From assembly GCA_965230955.1 (NCBI GenBank), contig OZ246404.1, positions 353,184 through 417,183 on the forward strand: a DNA stretch of 64,000 bases, read 5' to 3'. The stretch is from an uncultured Candidatus Saccharibacteria bacterium. Lineage in GTDB: Bacteria; Patescibacteriota; CALEFQ01. A program made the translations under genes and the position numbers. Numbering within the stretch: the stretch's first letter is position 1; every line of letters begins with the position of its first letter. Below the pieces are notes generated by a model, which worked only from the letters and a program-made list of their open reading frames with translations, was not told where the DNA came from and made no database searches. Positions 17,832 to 27,661 of the stretch are shown piece after piece.

Positions 17832-19244
17832 ATGATTTCCAAAAAAGTTCAGCCCGCCTTGACTCCCAAAGATGATTCCGGTCACGCCAGCGCTTATAGC
17901 ACCAAGTATGCCGATCAGCCGATTCCCAAATACGAACTGCCGGCGAAAGGCATGCCGGCCAATATGGCTTACCAGCTGATTCACGATGAACTAAAGCTCG
18001 ACGGCGATCCGACGCAGAATCTTTCCAGTTTTTGCACCACTTGGATGGAATCGGAGGCAAAAAAGCTCATCCAGGAAAACGAAAATAAAAATTTTATCGA
18101 CCATGACCAGTACCCCCAGACGGAAGTGATTCACGAACGAATGGTCAATATGCTGGCACGGCTGTTTCATTCGCCGGAGAGTGCGCAGACCATCGGCACG
18201 GCGACGATTGGCTCGTCCGAAGCGATCATGCTGGGACTGCTGGCGCATAAATGGAATTGGAAAAAGAAAAGGGAAAAAGCCGGTTTGCCCGCGGACAAGC
18301 CGAATATTGTTTTTGGTGCCGATGTCCATGTTTGCTGGGACAAGTTTGCCCGGTATTTTGACGTGGAGATGCGCGTGATCCCGATGGAGCCGAATCGCTA
18401 TATCATCAGCGTGGAAGAAGTCGCGAAACTGATTGATGAAAATACTATCTGTGTCGGGGCGATTCTGGGAACCACTTTTACCGGCCAGGCGGATCCGATC
18501 GAAGAAATAAACGATTATCTTTTGAAAGTGAAGAAAGAAAAAGGCTGGGATATACCGATTCATGTCGACGGCGCCAGTGGCGGGATGATCGCGCCTTTTG
18601 CTTATCCGGATCTCAAATGGGATTTTCGCCTGGAACAAGTCCGCTCGATCAATGTCTCCGGCCATAAGTACGGACTAGTCTACCCGGGTCTGGGCTGGCT
18701 CATTTTCCGGGAATCGGCCGATTTGCCGGAGGAACTTATTTTCAAAGTAAATTATTTGGGCGGCGAGATGCCGACTTTTACCCTAAATTTTTCCCGCGGA
18801 GCCTCGATGATTTTGGCGCAGTACTATGTGTTTTTGCGCCTGGGATTCGAGGGGTACAAAAAAATCATGGCCAACACGATTGACAATGCCAAGTACGTAT
18901 CGGACGAGTTGGTCAAAACGGGACGGTTTGTGATGCTTAATCCCACGCAGATGCTTCCCATTGTCGCGGTCAAACTGAAAGATACCAAAAATTTTTCGGT
19001 TTTCGACTTGTCCTGCAAACTGCGAGAACGCGGCTGGATCATCTCGGCTTACACCCTGCCGCCGAATGCCCAAGCAACTGCTATTTTACGGATGGTGGTG
19101 CGGGAAAATTTCACGCGCGACATGTCTGATATTTTGGTGGGCGATATAAAAAAGGCGGTAGAAGTGCTTGATCAGCAAAAGCCGCGCGGAGTCAATGATC
19201 CGAAACCGACGCCTTTGCATCATAGGAAGCATCGGATTTGTTAA
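17832..19244 (+). CDS. gadB: Glutamate decarboxylase (PLP-dependent)
   Basis: [21 protein letters not shown]-lysine motif and overall GAD layout. Confidence 0.85.
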   Translation: MISKKVQPALTPKDDSGHASAYSTKYADQPIPKYELPAKGMPANMAYQLIHDELKLDGDPTQNLSSFCTTWMESEAKKLIQENENKNFIDHDQYPQTEVIHERMVNMLARLFHSPESAQTIGTATIGSSEAIMLGLLAHKWNWKKKREKAGLPADKPNIVFGADVHVCWDKFARYFDVEMRVIPMEPNRYIISVEEVAKLIDENTICVGAILGTTFTGQADPIEEINDYLLKVKKEKGWDIPIHVDGASGGMIAPFAYPDLKWDFRLEQVRSINVSGHKYGLVYPGLGWLIFRESADLPEELIFKVNYLGGEMPTFTLNFSRGASMILAQYYVFLRLGFEGYKKIMANTIDNAKYVSDELVKTGRFVMLNPTQMLPIVAVKLKDTKNFSVFDLSCKLRERGWIISAYTLPPNAQATAILRMVVRENFTRDMSDILVGDIKKAVEVLDQQKPRGVNDPKPTPLHHRKHRIC

Positions 19245-19247
19245 TAA

Positions 19248-19263
19248 GTCAAAAGTCAAAAAA
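19248..19263 (+). repeat. GTCAAAA heptad pair after gadB stop
   Basis: gtcaaaagtcaaaaaa. Confidence 0.6.
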
Positions 19264-19282
19264 TTTCCATAAGGATTATCTT

Positions 19283-20899
19283 ATGAAAAAAACTATTGCT
19301 GTCATTGTTGGTATCTTGCTTTTCCCGTTGGGGCTAGTTTCGATCCCGTCGGTTCAAGCAGCGAATACTCCGGCAAAGATTTTTGATTTAGCAAACTTGA
19401 AGACAGCCAAAGAATTTTCACCTTATGGCGCGAATTACGGCAAGGGTGCGAGTGGCGCGATTGGTGATGTCAATGGCGACGGCGTCGACGAAATCGTGAC
19501 TATCTCCGGGGCATCAACCCGCGGGCACCTGCGGGTTTTTGACTTGAACGGCAATCCGCTATCCTGGAATGTTTTCCCGTTTGAAAAAGTTTATACCGGC
19601 GGCGGAAAAGTGGCGGTGGGAGATACCGATGCCGACGGAACCAAAGAAATCATCGTTGTTCCTGCCGGCGCTCGCTTTCCGGAAGTATTTGTTTTTAAAT
19701 ACGGTCAAAACGCGCCGATAAAAAAATACTCGGTTTTCCAGTCTACTTTCCGTGGCGGCCTGTCTGTCGCCAGCGGTGATATTGATTATGACGGCAAAGA
19801 TGAAGTGATTGTGGCTACCGCCAGCCAAGGCGGAAATGTGGCGGTTTATGGCGGTGACGGCAAATTTTGGGGATTATCCGTCTTTCCTTTTGGTTCGGGA
19901 TATAAAGGCGGTCTTTCGGTTGCCTACGGAGCTTTTCGGGAAAGTCAGCCCGGTTTGGCGGTCGGCACTCTCTCTGGCGCGAACGGCCGGGTCAAAGTAA
20001 TTTCGGCCGAGAAAAATTTCAAAGTTTGGGGTGATTTTTTCCCTTTCGGTAAAACTTTCAAAAGCGGGACAAATGTGGCCGCGGCCGACGTCAATAAAGA
20101 CGGAATTGATGAAGTCGTGACGGCGGTGGCAGCGGCGGGAGCGCCGCAAGTGGTGGCTTATAGCGCCACGGGCAAAATTCAAAATGCCGTAAATTTCTTT
20201 CCTTTTGATAAAAGTGAAAAAGGCGGAGTCAATTTGGCCGCCAGTAGCAAAAAATTGGCAGTCTGGCCGGCGAAAATAATCCCGGCGACGGATTATGATT
20301 TTTGCCGCACCCATCGTTGTGTAGCGCTGACTTTTGACGACGGCGGTTCGCGGGGCGGTTCGCTCGAAAATATTTTGGCGGCGCTGGACAAGCATAATGT
20401 TAAGGCGACATTTTTTCTGATTGGTCGCTGGATGGATGCCAATCGCGGCACGGTGGCTGATATTTCCAGCCGCGGCCATCGACTGGGCAATCATACTTGG
20501 AATCATTCCATTTGTACCCGTATTCCGGCCGAGCAAATTCGGAGCGAATTGCAAAAAGCCGATTCCTTGGTCTCGATGATTACCGGCAAACCGACTAAGC
20601 CCAATTTCCGTTATCCGGGCGGCGGCCATAATGCCGGTACTGATGCGGTGGTGATGGGCGAGGGCTATCATTACTGGCAGTGGACCGCCGATACCCGCGA
20701 TGCGATGGGGAATCACGATCCGGCTTCGATCCGCAATATCGCTTTAAGTGGACTCCGTCCGGGGTCTGTGATATTATTTCATACGGGAAATGCGGCCACC
20801 GGAGCGGCTATGGATGGCATCATCAGCGCCATCAAAAACCAGGGTTATGAGATTGTGACGCTTGATCAGCTGGAATGGCAGAGGGGGAATCAGTGGTAA
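19283..20899 (+). CDS. Secreted FG-GAP-repeat protein fused to polysaccharide deacetylase (CE4/NodB) domain
   Basis: Signal peptide, repeated GDxNGDGxDEIV FG-GAP/VCBS-like motifs, C-terminal NodB motif VALTFDDGG...HTWNH. Confidence 0.7.
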   Translation: MKKTIAVIVGILLFPLGLVSIPSVQAANTPAKIFDLANLKTAKEFSPYGANYGKGASGAIGDVNGDGVDEIVTISGASTRGHLRVFDLNGNPLSWNVFPFEKVYTGGGKVAVGDTDADGTKEIIVVPAGARFPEVFVFKYGQNAPIKKYSVFQSTFRGGLSVASGDIDYDGKDEVIVATASQGGNVAVYGGDGKFWGLSVFPFGSGYKGGLSVAYGAFRESQPGLAVGTLSGANGRVKVISAEKNFKVWGDFFPFGKTFKSGTNVAAADVNKDGIDEVVTAVAAAGAPQVVAYSATGKIQNAVNFFPFDKSEKGGVNLAASSKKLAVWPAKIIPATDYDFCRTHRCVALTFDDGGSRGGSLENILAALDKHNVKATFFLIGRWMDANRGTVADISSRGHRLGNHTWNHSICTRIPAEQIRSELQKADSLVSMITGKPTKPNFRYPGGGHNAGTDAVVMGEGYHYWQWTADTRDAMGNHDPASIRNIALSGLRPGSVILFHTGNAATGAAMDGIISAIKNQGYEIVTLDQLEWQRGNQW

Positions 20900-20941
20900 A
20901 AAGATATTAAGACGTTAAGATATTAAGAATATTAAGACATC
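20897..20941 (+). repeat. Tandem TTAAGA array after deacetylase gene
   Basis: taaaaagatattaagacgttaagatattaagaatattaagacatcc. Confidence 0.7.
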
Positions 20942-20981
20942 CAAAAAGATCTGGTTAGATCTAGATTTTAAAAATATTTAT

Positions 20982-22406
20982 ATGAAAAAAGGAACTTTTT
21001 TATGGGTTGTGGGGATGGCTATTGCCGGGGTTGGTTTATTGGCCGGTAGCGCTCAGGCGGCCAATACCATGGCGCCGGAAGTAAAAGTTTTTAATGACAA
21101 CATGTCCAGTGTCGAAAAATCCTTTTTAGCTTGGCCGGTCAGCAATCAAAACGGCTGCAGTGTGGCCGTCGGAGATATAGACGGCAACGGTTACGGTGAA
21201 ATTATTGTCGGCGCCGGCAAAGGATCCGGGCCGCAGATCAGAATTTTTTCTAAAAACGGCGTCAATCAAGGTTTGGACTTTTTCGCCTTTGCGAATGATT
21301 TTCGCGGGGGAGTATCGGTGGCGACGGGAGATGTTGATGGTGACGGCAAAGAAGAAATAATTGTCGGTCAGCGCTCAGCCGGTCAGGCGCGGGTGAAAAT
21401 TTATCGCGCTAATAAACAACATTCGATAGTGGCCGAGTGGCTGGCTTATTCCGGCAATTTCCAGGGCGGTGTCACGGTCACGGCGGGTGATTTTAACGGT
21501 GACGGCAAGGACGAGATCGCCACGGCTCCGGGAACGAGCGGCGGAGCCCAAATTAAGTTTTTTGACGGCAAAGGGAAGCCAATGGGCAAGTCATTTTTCG
21601 CTTTTGATCCAGGAGAAAAAGGCGGTGCCACTCTGGCGGCCGCTGACGTTGACGGCGACGGATCCGATGAGTTGGCCGTGGGTCATGGTCCTTTCGGAGA
21701 TCCAAGAGTCAAGCTTTATCGAATTGTCGGAAATAGCGAATTTGTCTTGGCTGATTGGCGCGCTTATGACGCCGGTTTTCGCGGTGGAGTAAAAGTGGCG
21801 GCGGGCGATTTTGACAACAACGGCAAAGAAGAAATTTTGACAGCGGCCGGCTTTGGCGGCGGACCGCAAGTGCGGGGCTGGACAGCTTCCGGGAAACTGT
21901 ATAAAATCAACCGAATGGCCTATGCGGCCGATTTCCGCGGCAGTTTAAATCTGGCGTCCGGCGACATTGATCGCGACGGAAAATTGGAAATCGTTACTGT
22001 TCCCGATCGACGCCTGGGTGAAGGCCGACTGGATTATTTCCGTTATATCGATGTCAGTTTGGGTGAACAGCGCCTGCGGGCATTTGAGAACGGTGAATTG
22101 GTCCGAACATATTTGGTTTCTACCGGCACGGCTAAACATCCGACCCCGACCGGAACTTTCCATATCCAGGGACACACTCTATCTACCAGAATGGCTTGGG
22201 TATACGGTCCCGATAATCCGGATAACTACGATTTGCCCAATGTTCCTCATGTCATGCCCATTAGCGGTCCGATTACGATTCACGGCGCTTATTGGCACCA
22301 TAATTTCGGTCACGTGATGAGCCACGGGTGTATCAATGAACCTTTGGATCAAGCTGCCTGGTTATACTCCTGGGCGCGCAATGGAGATACGGTAATAGTA
22401 CATTAA
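20982..22406 (+). CDS. Secreted FG-GAP-repeat protein fused to L,D-transpeptidase (YkuD) domain
   Basis: Signal peptide, FG-GAP repeats (GDIDGNGYGEII etc.), C-terminal YkuD catalytic motif HGxxxxxxSHGCIN. Confidence 0.7.
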   Translation: MKKGTFLWVVGMAIAGVGLLAGSAQAANTMAPEVKVFNDNMSSVEKSFLAWPVSNQNGCSVAVGDIDGNGYGEIIVGAGKGSGPQIRIFSKNGVNQGLDFFAFANDFRGGVSVATGDVDGDGKEEIIVGQRSAGQARVKIYRANKQHSIVAEWLAYSGNFQGGVTVTAGDFNGDGKDEIATAPGTSGGAQIKFFDGKGKPMGKSFFAFDPGEKGGATLAAADVDGDGSDELAVGHGPFGDPRVKLYRIVGNSEFVLADWRAYDAGFRGGVKVAAGDFDNNGKEEILTAAGFGGGPQVRGWTASGKLYKINRMAYAADFRGSLNLASGDIDRDGKLEIVTVPDRRLGEGRLDYFRYIDVSLGEQRLRAFENGELVRTYLVSTGTAKHPTPTGTFHIQGHTLSTRMAWVYGPDNPDNYDLPNVPHVMPISGPITIHGAYWHHNFGHVMSHGCINEPLDQAAWLYSWARNGDTVIVH

Positions 22407-22494
22407 GTAACAAGGAACAGGTAACAGATAACAAAGAGGAAAATTTCTTTTCCCGGTTGTTATTTTGTTACTTGTTACTTGTTAACTGTTACTT
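22404..22494. repeat. GTAACAG-heptad palindrome before secD
   Basis: taagtaacaaggaacaggtaacagataacaa ... ttgttacttgttacttgttaactgttactta. Confidence 0.8.
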
Positions 22495-22500
22495 ATTTTT

Positions 22501-24123
22501 ATGTCTTCTCGACGCCGACTTTTTACTACCCTTATCATGATCGCCATTGTCGTGGCGCTGTGTTTGATTGTGGATTTGCCGCGCGGGCCGGATTTTGATT
22601 GGTCAAAATTAGGGATGAAGGCCAAAGAAGGCGAAACCGAAGAAAGTTTAAAAGTTCCGATAAAAGTTCATTTGGGTCTGGATCTCCAGGGCGGCAGCCA
22701 GTTGATTTATCAGGCGGATTTGGGAAATGTTAAAACTGAGGATCGGGCCGAAGCGATGGCGGGTGTGCGCGATGTGATCGAACGCCGGGTAAACCTTTTT
22801 GGTGTTTCCGAGCCTATTATTCAGGTTTCCGGCCAAGATCGCTTGATCGTGGAATTGGCCGGTATTAAGGATATAGACCAGGCGATTGCCGCTATCGGCG
22901 AAACGCCCACGCTGGAATTTATGGAAGAAGCCGAAGAGGCTTCGGGGGTTCAGCTGGATACGTCAGCCGAAGGGGTGACGGTGGAAAGCCAGCCGGCCGA
23001 GAATCAGGCCGAACGTTCTACGGAAACTCCGCGTGCTTCTATCCGACGCTTGGCGGCGGAAACGACTGCCACCGGCGACACAAATACCGATCAACCGGCG
23101 GCGGTTCCCGAAGAGGCCTTGCCGGAATTAACTCCCGAAGAATTAGAGCAAATAAAAAGCCAATTACAAGACAGCGAAGGGAATCCGATAGACTTGAGCG
23201 CTTTGCAACAGCCGCAGTTCAACCCGACGGGATTGAGCGGTAAAAATTTAACTCGCGCCACAGTGGTTTTTCAGCAGCAAGGAGTCGGGTCTCCGCAGGT
23301 TTCTCTGGAATTTGACGATGAGGGGCGGAAACTTTTTGCCGAAATTACCGAACGCAGCGTCGGCAAGCGCGTAGCTATTATGATCGACGGCGTGATTATC
23401 AGCGCGCCGGTGGTGCAGGAAAAGATTACCGAGGGCAATGCGGTCATTACCGGAAATTTCACGGTTGATGAAGCCAAAGAATTAGCGCGTAATTTAAATC
23501 AAGGCGCCCTCCCGGTGCCGATCAATCTGGTCAGCCGGCAAACAGTCGGTGCCACTCTGGGTCAGGAATCCGTACAAAAGAGTCTCGTGGCCGGGATTAT
23601 CGGTTTGATTGCCGTCGCCGTTTTCATGATCGGTTTTTATCGTTTCCCTGGATTGCTCGCGACCGCTTCACTGCTGATTTATGCCGTTATCGCTCTGGCG
23701 ATTTTTAAGCTGATACCGGTGACCTTGACGCTGGCGGGCGTGGCCGGTTTTATTATGTCAATCGGTATGGCCGTCGATGCCAACGTGCTGATTTTTGAAC
23801 GTTTGCGAGAAGAATTGCGCGAAGGCAAGGATTTGAGCCTGGCGATTGAAAATGGTTTTCGGGGAGCCTGGAGCTCGATTCGCGATTCGAATATTTCCTC
23901 GATCATTACTTGTATCATCCTTTATGCTTTTGGCAGCAGCTTAGTCAAAGGTTTTGCCTTGACGCTGGGTATCGGCGTGGTGGTCAGTATGTTCACGGCT
24001 ATTACGGTGACCAGAACTTTCCTGAGATTATCCAGCACAAAATTGTCCCAGAAGCACTTAAGCTGGTTTGATTTCCCCAAGCGTCTGCCCCAATCTACTC
24101 CGGCCAAAGCCGTCAAAGATTAA
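22501..24123 (+). CDS. secD: Protein translocase subunit SecD
   Basis: SecD periplasmic domain and C-terminal 6-TM region. Confidence 0.85.
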   Translation: MSSRRRLFTTLIMIAIVVALCLIVDLPRGPDFDWSKLGMKAKEGETEESLKVPIKVHLGLDLQGGSQLIYQADLGNVKTEDRAEAMAGVRDVIERRVNLFGVSEPIIQVSGQDRLIVELAGIKDIDQAIAAIGETPTLEFMEEAEEASGVQLDTSAEGVTVESQPAENQAERSTETPRASIRRLAAETTATGDTNTDQPAAVPEEALPELTPEELEQIKSQLQDSEGNPIDLSALQQPQFNPTGLSGKNLTRATVVFQQQGVGSPQVSLEFDDEGRKLFAEITERSVGKRVAIMIDGVIISAPVVQEKITEGNAVITGNFTVDEAKELARNLNQGALPVPINLVSRQTVGATLGQESVQKSLVAGIIGLIAVAVFMIGFYRFPGLLATASLLIYAVIALAIFKLIPVTLTLAGVAGFIMSIGMAVDANVLIFERLREELREGKDLSLAIENGFRGAWSSIRDSNISSIITCIILYAFGSSLVKGFALTLGIGVVVSMFTAITVTRTFLRLSSTKLSQKHLSWFDFPKRLPQSTPAKAVKD

Positions 24124-24130
24124 ATATCAT

Positions 24131-25015
24131 ATGCTCGCGATCATCAAATACGGTAAAATCTGGATCCTCATTCCCGCTATTCTGGCGGTGACTGGTTTGG
24201 TTTTGTTTTTGGTTTTTGGCTTGAAACCCGGTATTGATTTCACCGGCGGCAGTATGGTGCAGGTCCAATTCGAACAAGCCCCAACTCTGCAACAGGCTCA
24301 AGATGGATTGAAAGATACGGCTTTCGCCGAATCCGTAATCCAAGTTTCGGGGGAGAATCAACTGATTGTGCGCACCAAAGAAATCAATGATGAACAAAAA
24401 AACGATCTTTTGAAAATTTTGCAGGAAAAATTCGGCTCATTGGAAGAGCAGCGTTTTGATACCATTGGTCCGACTATTGGCGGAGAATTGCGCCAAAAAG
24501 CGATCCTGTCGGTTATTTTGGTGATGCTTGGCATTATCCTTTATCTGGCTTATGCCTTCCGTAAAATTTCCGGTCCGGTGTCCTCCTGGAAATTCGGTGC
24601 TTGCGCGGTAATTGCATTGGTCCATGACGTTTTGATTCTGGTCGGGGTTTTTGTCCTGCTGGGAATTTTCAGCGGAGTGGAAATCGATACACTGTTTGTC
24701 GTAGCTCTCTTGACCGTTATCGGTTATTCCGTCCACGATACCATTGTCGTTTTTGACCGGATCAGGGCAATTCTCCTGAAAGAAAGTGTCTCCTTTGAAG
24801 AAGCGGCCGATCGAGGCATTCGCAACACCATGACACGATCCATAAATACTTCTCTGACCACTTTATTTGTTTTGATTGCCATTTTCCTCTTTGGCGGCGA
24901 ATCGATTCATTATTTTATCCTGGCATTGATCGTCGGCATAGCGGTAGGGACATATTCGTCAATATTTGTGGCGACTCCGGCCCTGGTTTTGTGGCAACGA
25001 GCGTCGAAAAAATAG
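24131..25015 (+). CDS. secF: Protein translocase subunit SecF
   Basis: SecF fold directly after secD; start at ATG 24131. Confidence 0.85.
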   Translation: MLAIIKYGKIWILIPAILAVTGLVLFLVFGLKPGIDFTGGSMVQVQFEQAPTLQQAQDGLKDTAFAESVIQVSGENQLIVRTKEINDEQKNDLLKILQEKFGSLEEQRFDTIGPTIGGELRQKAILSVILVMLGIILYLAYAFRKISGPVSSWKFGACAVIALVHDVLILVGVFVLLGIFSGVEIDTLFVVALLTVIGYSVHDTIVVFDRIRAILLKESVSFEEAADRGIRNTMTRSINTSLTTLFVLIAIFLFGGESIHYFILALIVGIAVGTYSSIFVATPALVLWQRASKK

Positions 25016-25039
25016 CGCGACCAACAAATTTGAGAAATA

Positions 25040-25070
25040 AAAAATATCGAGCTTGCTCGATATTTTTGTT
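25040..25070 (+). terminator. Rho-independent terminator after secF
   Basis: Hairpin aaaaatatcga-gcttgc-tcgatattttt followed by tgttg. Confidence 0.6.
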
Positions 25071-25078
25071 GTCCGGCC

Positions 25079-25107
25079 TTGACTATTACCAGCCCTTGTG
25101 ATATATT
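25079..25107 (+). promoter_or_regulatory. Sigma-70-type promoter TTGACT-17-TATATT
   Basis: Near-consensus -35 and -10 with 17-nt spacing upstream of the 25189 gene. Confidence 0.55.
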
Positions 25108-25188
25108 CTCTTTGCTGGAGTGCGAACCCCGGTACCTATATTTTGTAGGTCTATATTTGTCTTAAATAAGCTATTTTATTATAAAAAC

Positions 25189-26295
25189 ATGGATACCCAG
25201 AAGTCAATTCTTGATGAAGTGTTATCTTCGCAAGACGAACAATTACTACAAAATTTTGATCCGTTAGCGTCTGTTATGGCGCTACTTAAGACCGTGGATA
25301 ATCGCGGAGCGGATATTATTATCAAACGTTACAGCTTGGATGGCAAGCCGTCTCGTACTTTGGAAGAGATCGGCCAGTCATATCAGGTCACGCGCGAGCG
25401 GGTGCGTCAAATTGAATCCGCGACCATTGCCGAACTGCAAAAAAAGCAAGCCGATTTGGAAGACATGGTTCGGGTGATTTTGTCTATGTTGCAGATGTAT
25501 GGCCAGGTGATGGAAGAAAATCATTTGCTCGATTCCTTGCTGGCGGAACGGGAAAAGCGCGAAGCGGATCGCAGTGCCACCTTGTTTGTTTTGGATTTAA
25601 GCGATCATTTTAAGCATTTTCCGGAAACGACGGAAACAAACAAAGCTTGGGGCACATCGGAGGCGACGCTGGAAGTTCCCAAAAAATTAGTGGAAGCTTT
25701 TGTCGAAATTTTAAACAATCAGAAACAGCCTATTCCTCATGATCAAGTTGCGGCGCATTTGGTCAAGCATCCGCTGTATCAAAAGCATGCCGCCGGCTTG
25801 CCGGAATCGGCTATTACCGCTCATTTAGCCGTCAGCAAAAAAGTTCGGCGCAATCCCTTCAATGAGTGGGGCATGACCAATTGGTCCCAAATCGCGCCCA
25901 AAGGGGTGAAAGACAAGGCCTACGTTGTTTTGCACAAGGCCGGAAAGCCCCTTCATTTTGTTGATATTGCTAAAAGTATTGATGATACCGGTTTTGATCG
26001 CAAAAAAGCTCATCCCCAAACGGTGCACAATGAATTGATCAAAGATAAGCGGTTTGTCCTGGTGGGGCGAGGTATTTATGCCTTGGGTGAATGGGGTTAT
26101 GAACCCGGTACGGTAGCGGATGTTTTGGAAAAAATCATTCGCAAAGCGGGGAAACCGCTGGATCGCGATAGCTTGATCGAGGCGGTGGAAAAACAGCGCA
26201 TTGTCAAAAAAAATACCGTTTTGCTAGGTTTACAAAACAAAGATCGCTTTGTGAAGCTTCCTGATGGCCGTTTTTCGGTCGTTGACAAAAAGTAG
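25189..26295 (+). CDS. Sigma-70 region-4-like HTH protein with C-terminal domain of unknown function
   Basis: TLEEIGQSYQVTRERVRQIESATIAELQKK matches the sigma-70 region 4.2 HTH; the remaining roughly 300 aa are unrecognised. Confidence 0.55.
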   Translation: MDTQKSILDEVLSSQDEQLLQNFDPLASVMALLKTVDNRGADIIIKRYSLDGKPSRTLEEIGQSYQVTRERVRQIESATIAELQKKQADLEDMVRVILSMLQMYGQVMEENHLLDSLLAEREKREADRSATLFVLDLSDHFKHFPETTETNKAWGTSEATLEVPKKLVEAFVEILNNQKQPIPHDQVAAHLVKHPLYQKHAAGLPESAITAHLAVSKKVRRNPFNEWGMTNWSQIAPKGVKDKAYVVLHKAGKPLHFVDIAKSIDDTGFDRKKAHPQTVHNELIKDKRFVLVGRGIYALGEWGYEPGTVADVLEKIIRKAGKPLDRDSLIEAVEKQRIVKKNTVLLGLQNKDRFVKLPDGRFSVVDKK

Positions 26296-26344
26296 CTCCT
26301 TGGCGCTGTTTTTGGTATAATTAGCGGATAGGTCAAACAAAAAC

Positions 26345-27655
26345 ATGCTCAATATTTTTGGTATACTAAAAACTAGTTTCATCGAAACATTCACGACCGG
26401 ACCGTTTGTTTATATTTGGTTTGTTTTAGGAAAAACGTGGTGGTTATTTACCCCACTTTTTTTATTGACGGCGGCTTGGTGGTATTGGAAAGATTATATC
26501 CAGACGAAATATGTTATCGGTCTTGATTTTCGTTGCTTGTCGGTAACTGTTCCGAAAGAAGAAGAAGCCACTTCGACTCCCAAAGCTATGGAGCAGATCT
26601 TCGCCGCCGCCGCCGGCATGATGCATGGCATCAATATGGTGGAGCGGTACTGGAATGGTAATATTCAGGAATTTTTCAGCGCCGAATTGGTGGGTATCAG
26701 CGGCCATATCCGCTTCATTTTTCGGGTGCCGGCCAAGTGGCGCGATATGTTTGAGGCCAATATCTATGCCCAGTATCCCGACGCCGAAATCGTGGAAGTG
26801 GAAGATTATACGAAGCTTATTCCTAATGATTTTTTGGAAAAAGGATTCAAAGCTTGGGGATCGGAATTAAAACTGACGAAGGAAGACGCCTATCCGATCC
26901 GAACTTATCCCGAATTCGAAGAGCGTATTACTCAGGCCGTGCACGATCCGATGGCTTCGATCACGGAATTACTGAGCCGTTTCGGCCCGGGCGAACAGTT
27001 GTGGCTACAGTGGGTCTGCCGTCCGGTTTTAGGCAAAGACCACGGTTGGGTGGCCGAAGGCGAAAAATTGAAAAAGAAATTAGTCGATCAATTACCGCCT
27101 CCGCAGCAATCGGCCATACTTTCAGCTATGGGCATGCCGGCGAATATGGTCGGAAATGTTTTGGATCAGGCCATGGGGTACGAAGTCGGGGATGCTCAGC
27201 CGGAAAAGAAGGGCATGCCGTTGCTTACCCCGGATCTTTATAATGCTTTGACCGCCTTGGATCGCAGTCTAAGCAAACAGGGATTTGAAGTGAAAGGCCG
27301 GTTGTTTTATGTCGCCAAAAAAGATACTTTTTTAGTTCAGCGCGGTACAACTGGTTTCTTTGGCTATATGCAACAATTCAATACTCAAAACCTCAATGGT
27401 TTTATGCCGGACGGTCGAACCAAAACCAAAGTAGATTATTTCATGCGCGAATACCGCGAATACTGGCGCAAGCGAAGGATGCTTGATATGTGCCAGACGC
27501 GCAGTATGTGGAAAGGCGGTAAGCCGTTTATTCTCAATACCGAAGAATTGGCGACGGTTTTCCATTTCCCTTTGCCTTGGGCCAAGTCCAAGAAAATCGA
27601 ACATGTCGAGGCCAAGAAAGCCGGCCCGCCGCGCGATTTGCCGATTGCCATTTAA
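26345..27655 (+). CDS. Hypothetical membrane protein (N-terminal TM hairpin)
   Basis: Two hydrophobic helices near the N-terminus, large soluble remainder, no known motif. Confidence 0.45.
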   Translation: MLNIFGILKTSFIETFTTGPFVYIWFVLGKTWWLFTPLFLLTAAWWYWKDYIQTKYVIGLDFRCLSVTVPKEEEATSTPKAMEQIFAAAAGMMHGINMVERYWNGNIQEFFSAELVGISGHIRFIFRVPAKWRDMFEANIYAQYPDAEIVEVEDYTKLIPNDFLEKGFKAWGSELKLTKEDAYPIRTYPEFEERITQAVHDPMASITELLSRFGPGEQLWLQWVCRPVLGKDHGWVAEGEKLKKKLVDQLPPPQQSAILSAMGMPANMVGNVLDQAMGYEVGDAQPEKKGMPLLTPDLYNALTALDRSLSKQGFEVKGRLFYVAKKDTFLVQRGTTGFFGYMQQFNTQNLNGFMPDGRTKTKVDYFMREYREYWRKRRMLDMCQTRSMWKGGKPFILNTEELATVFHFPLPWAKSKKIEHVEAKKAGPPRDLPIAI

Positions 27656-27661
27656 ATTTGT

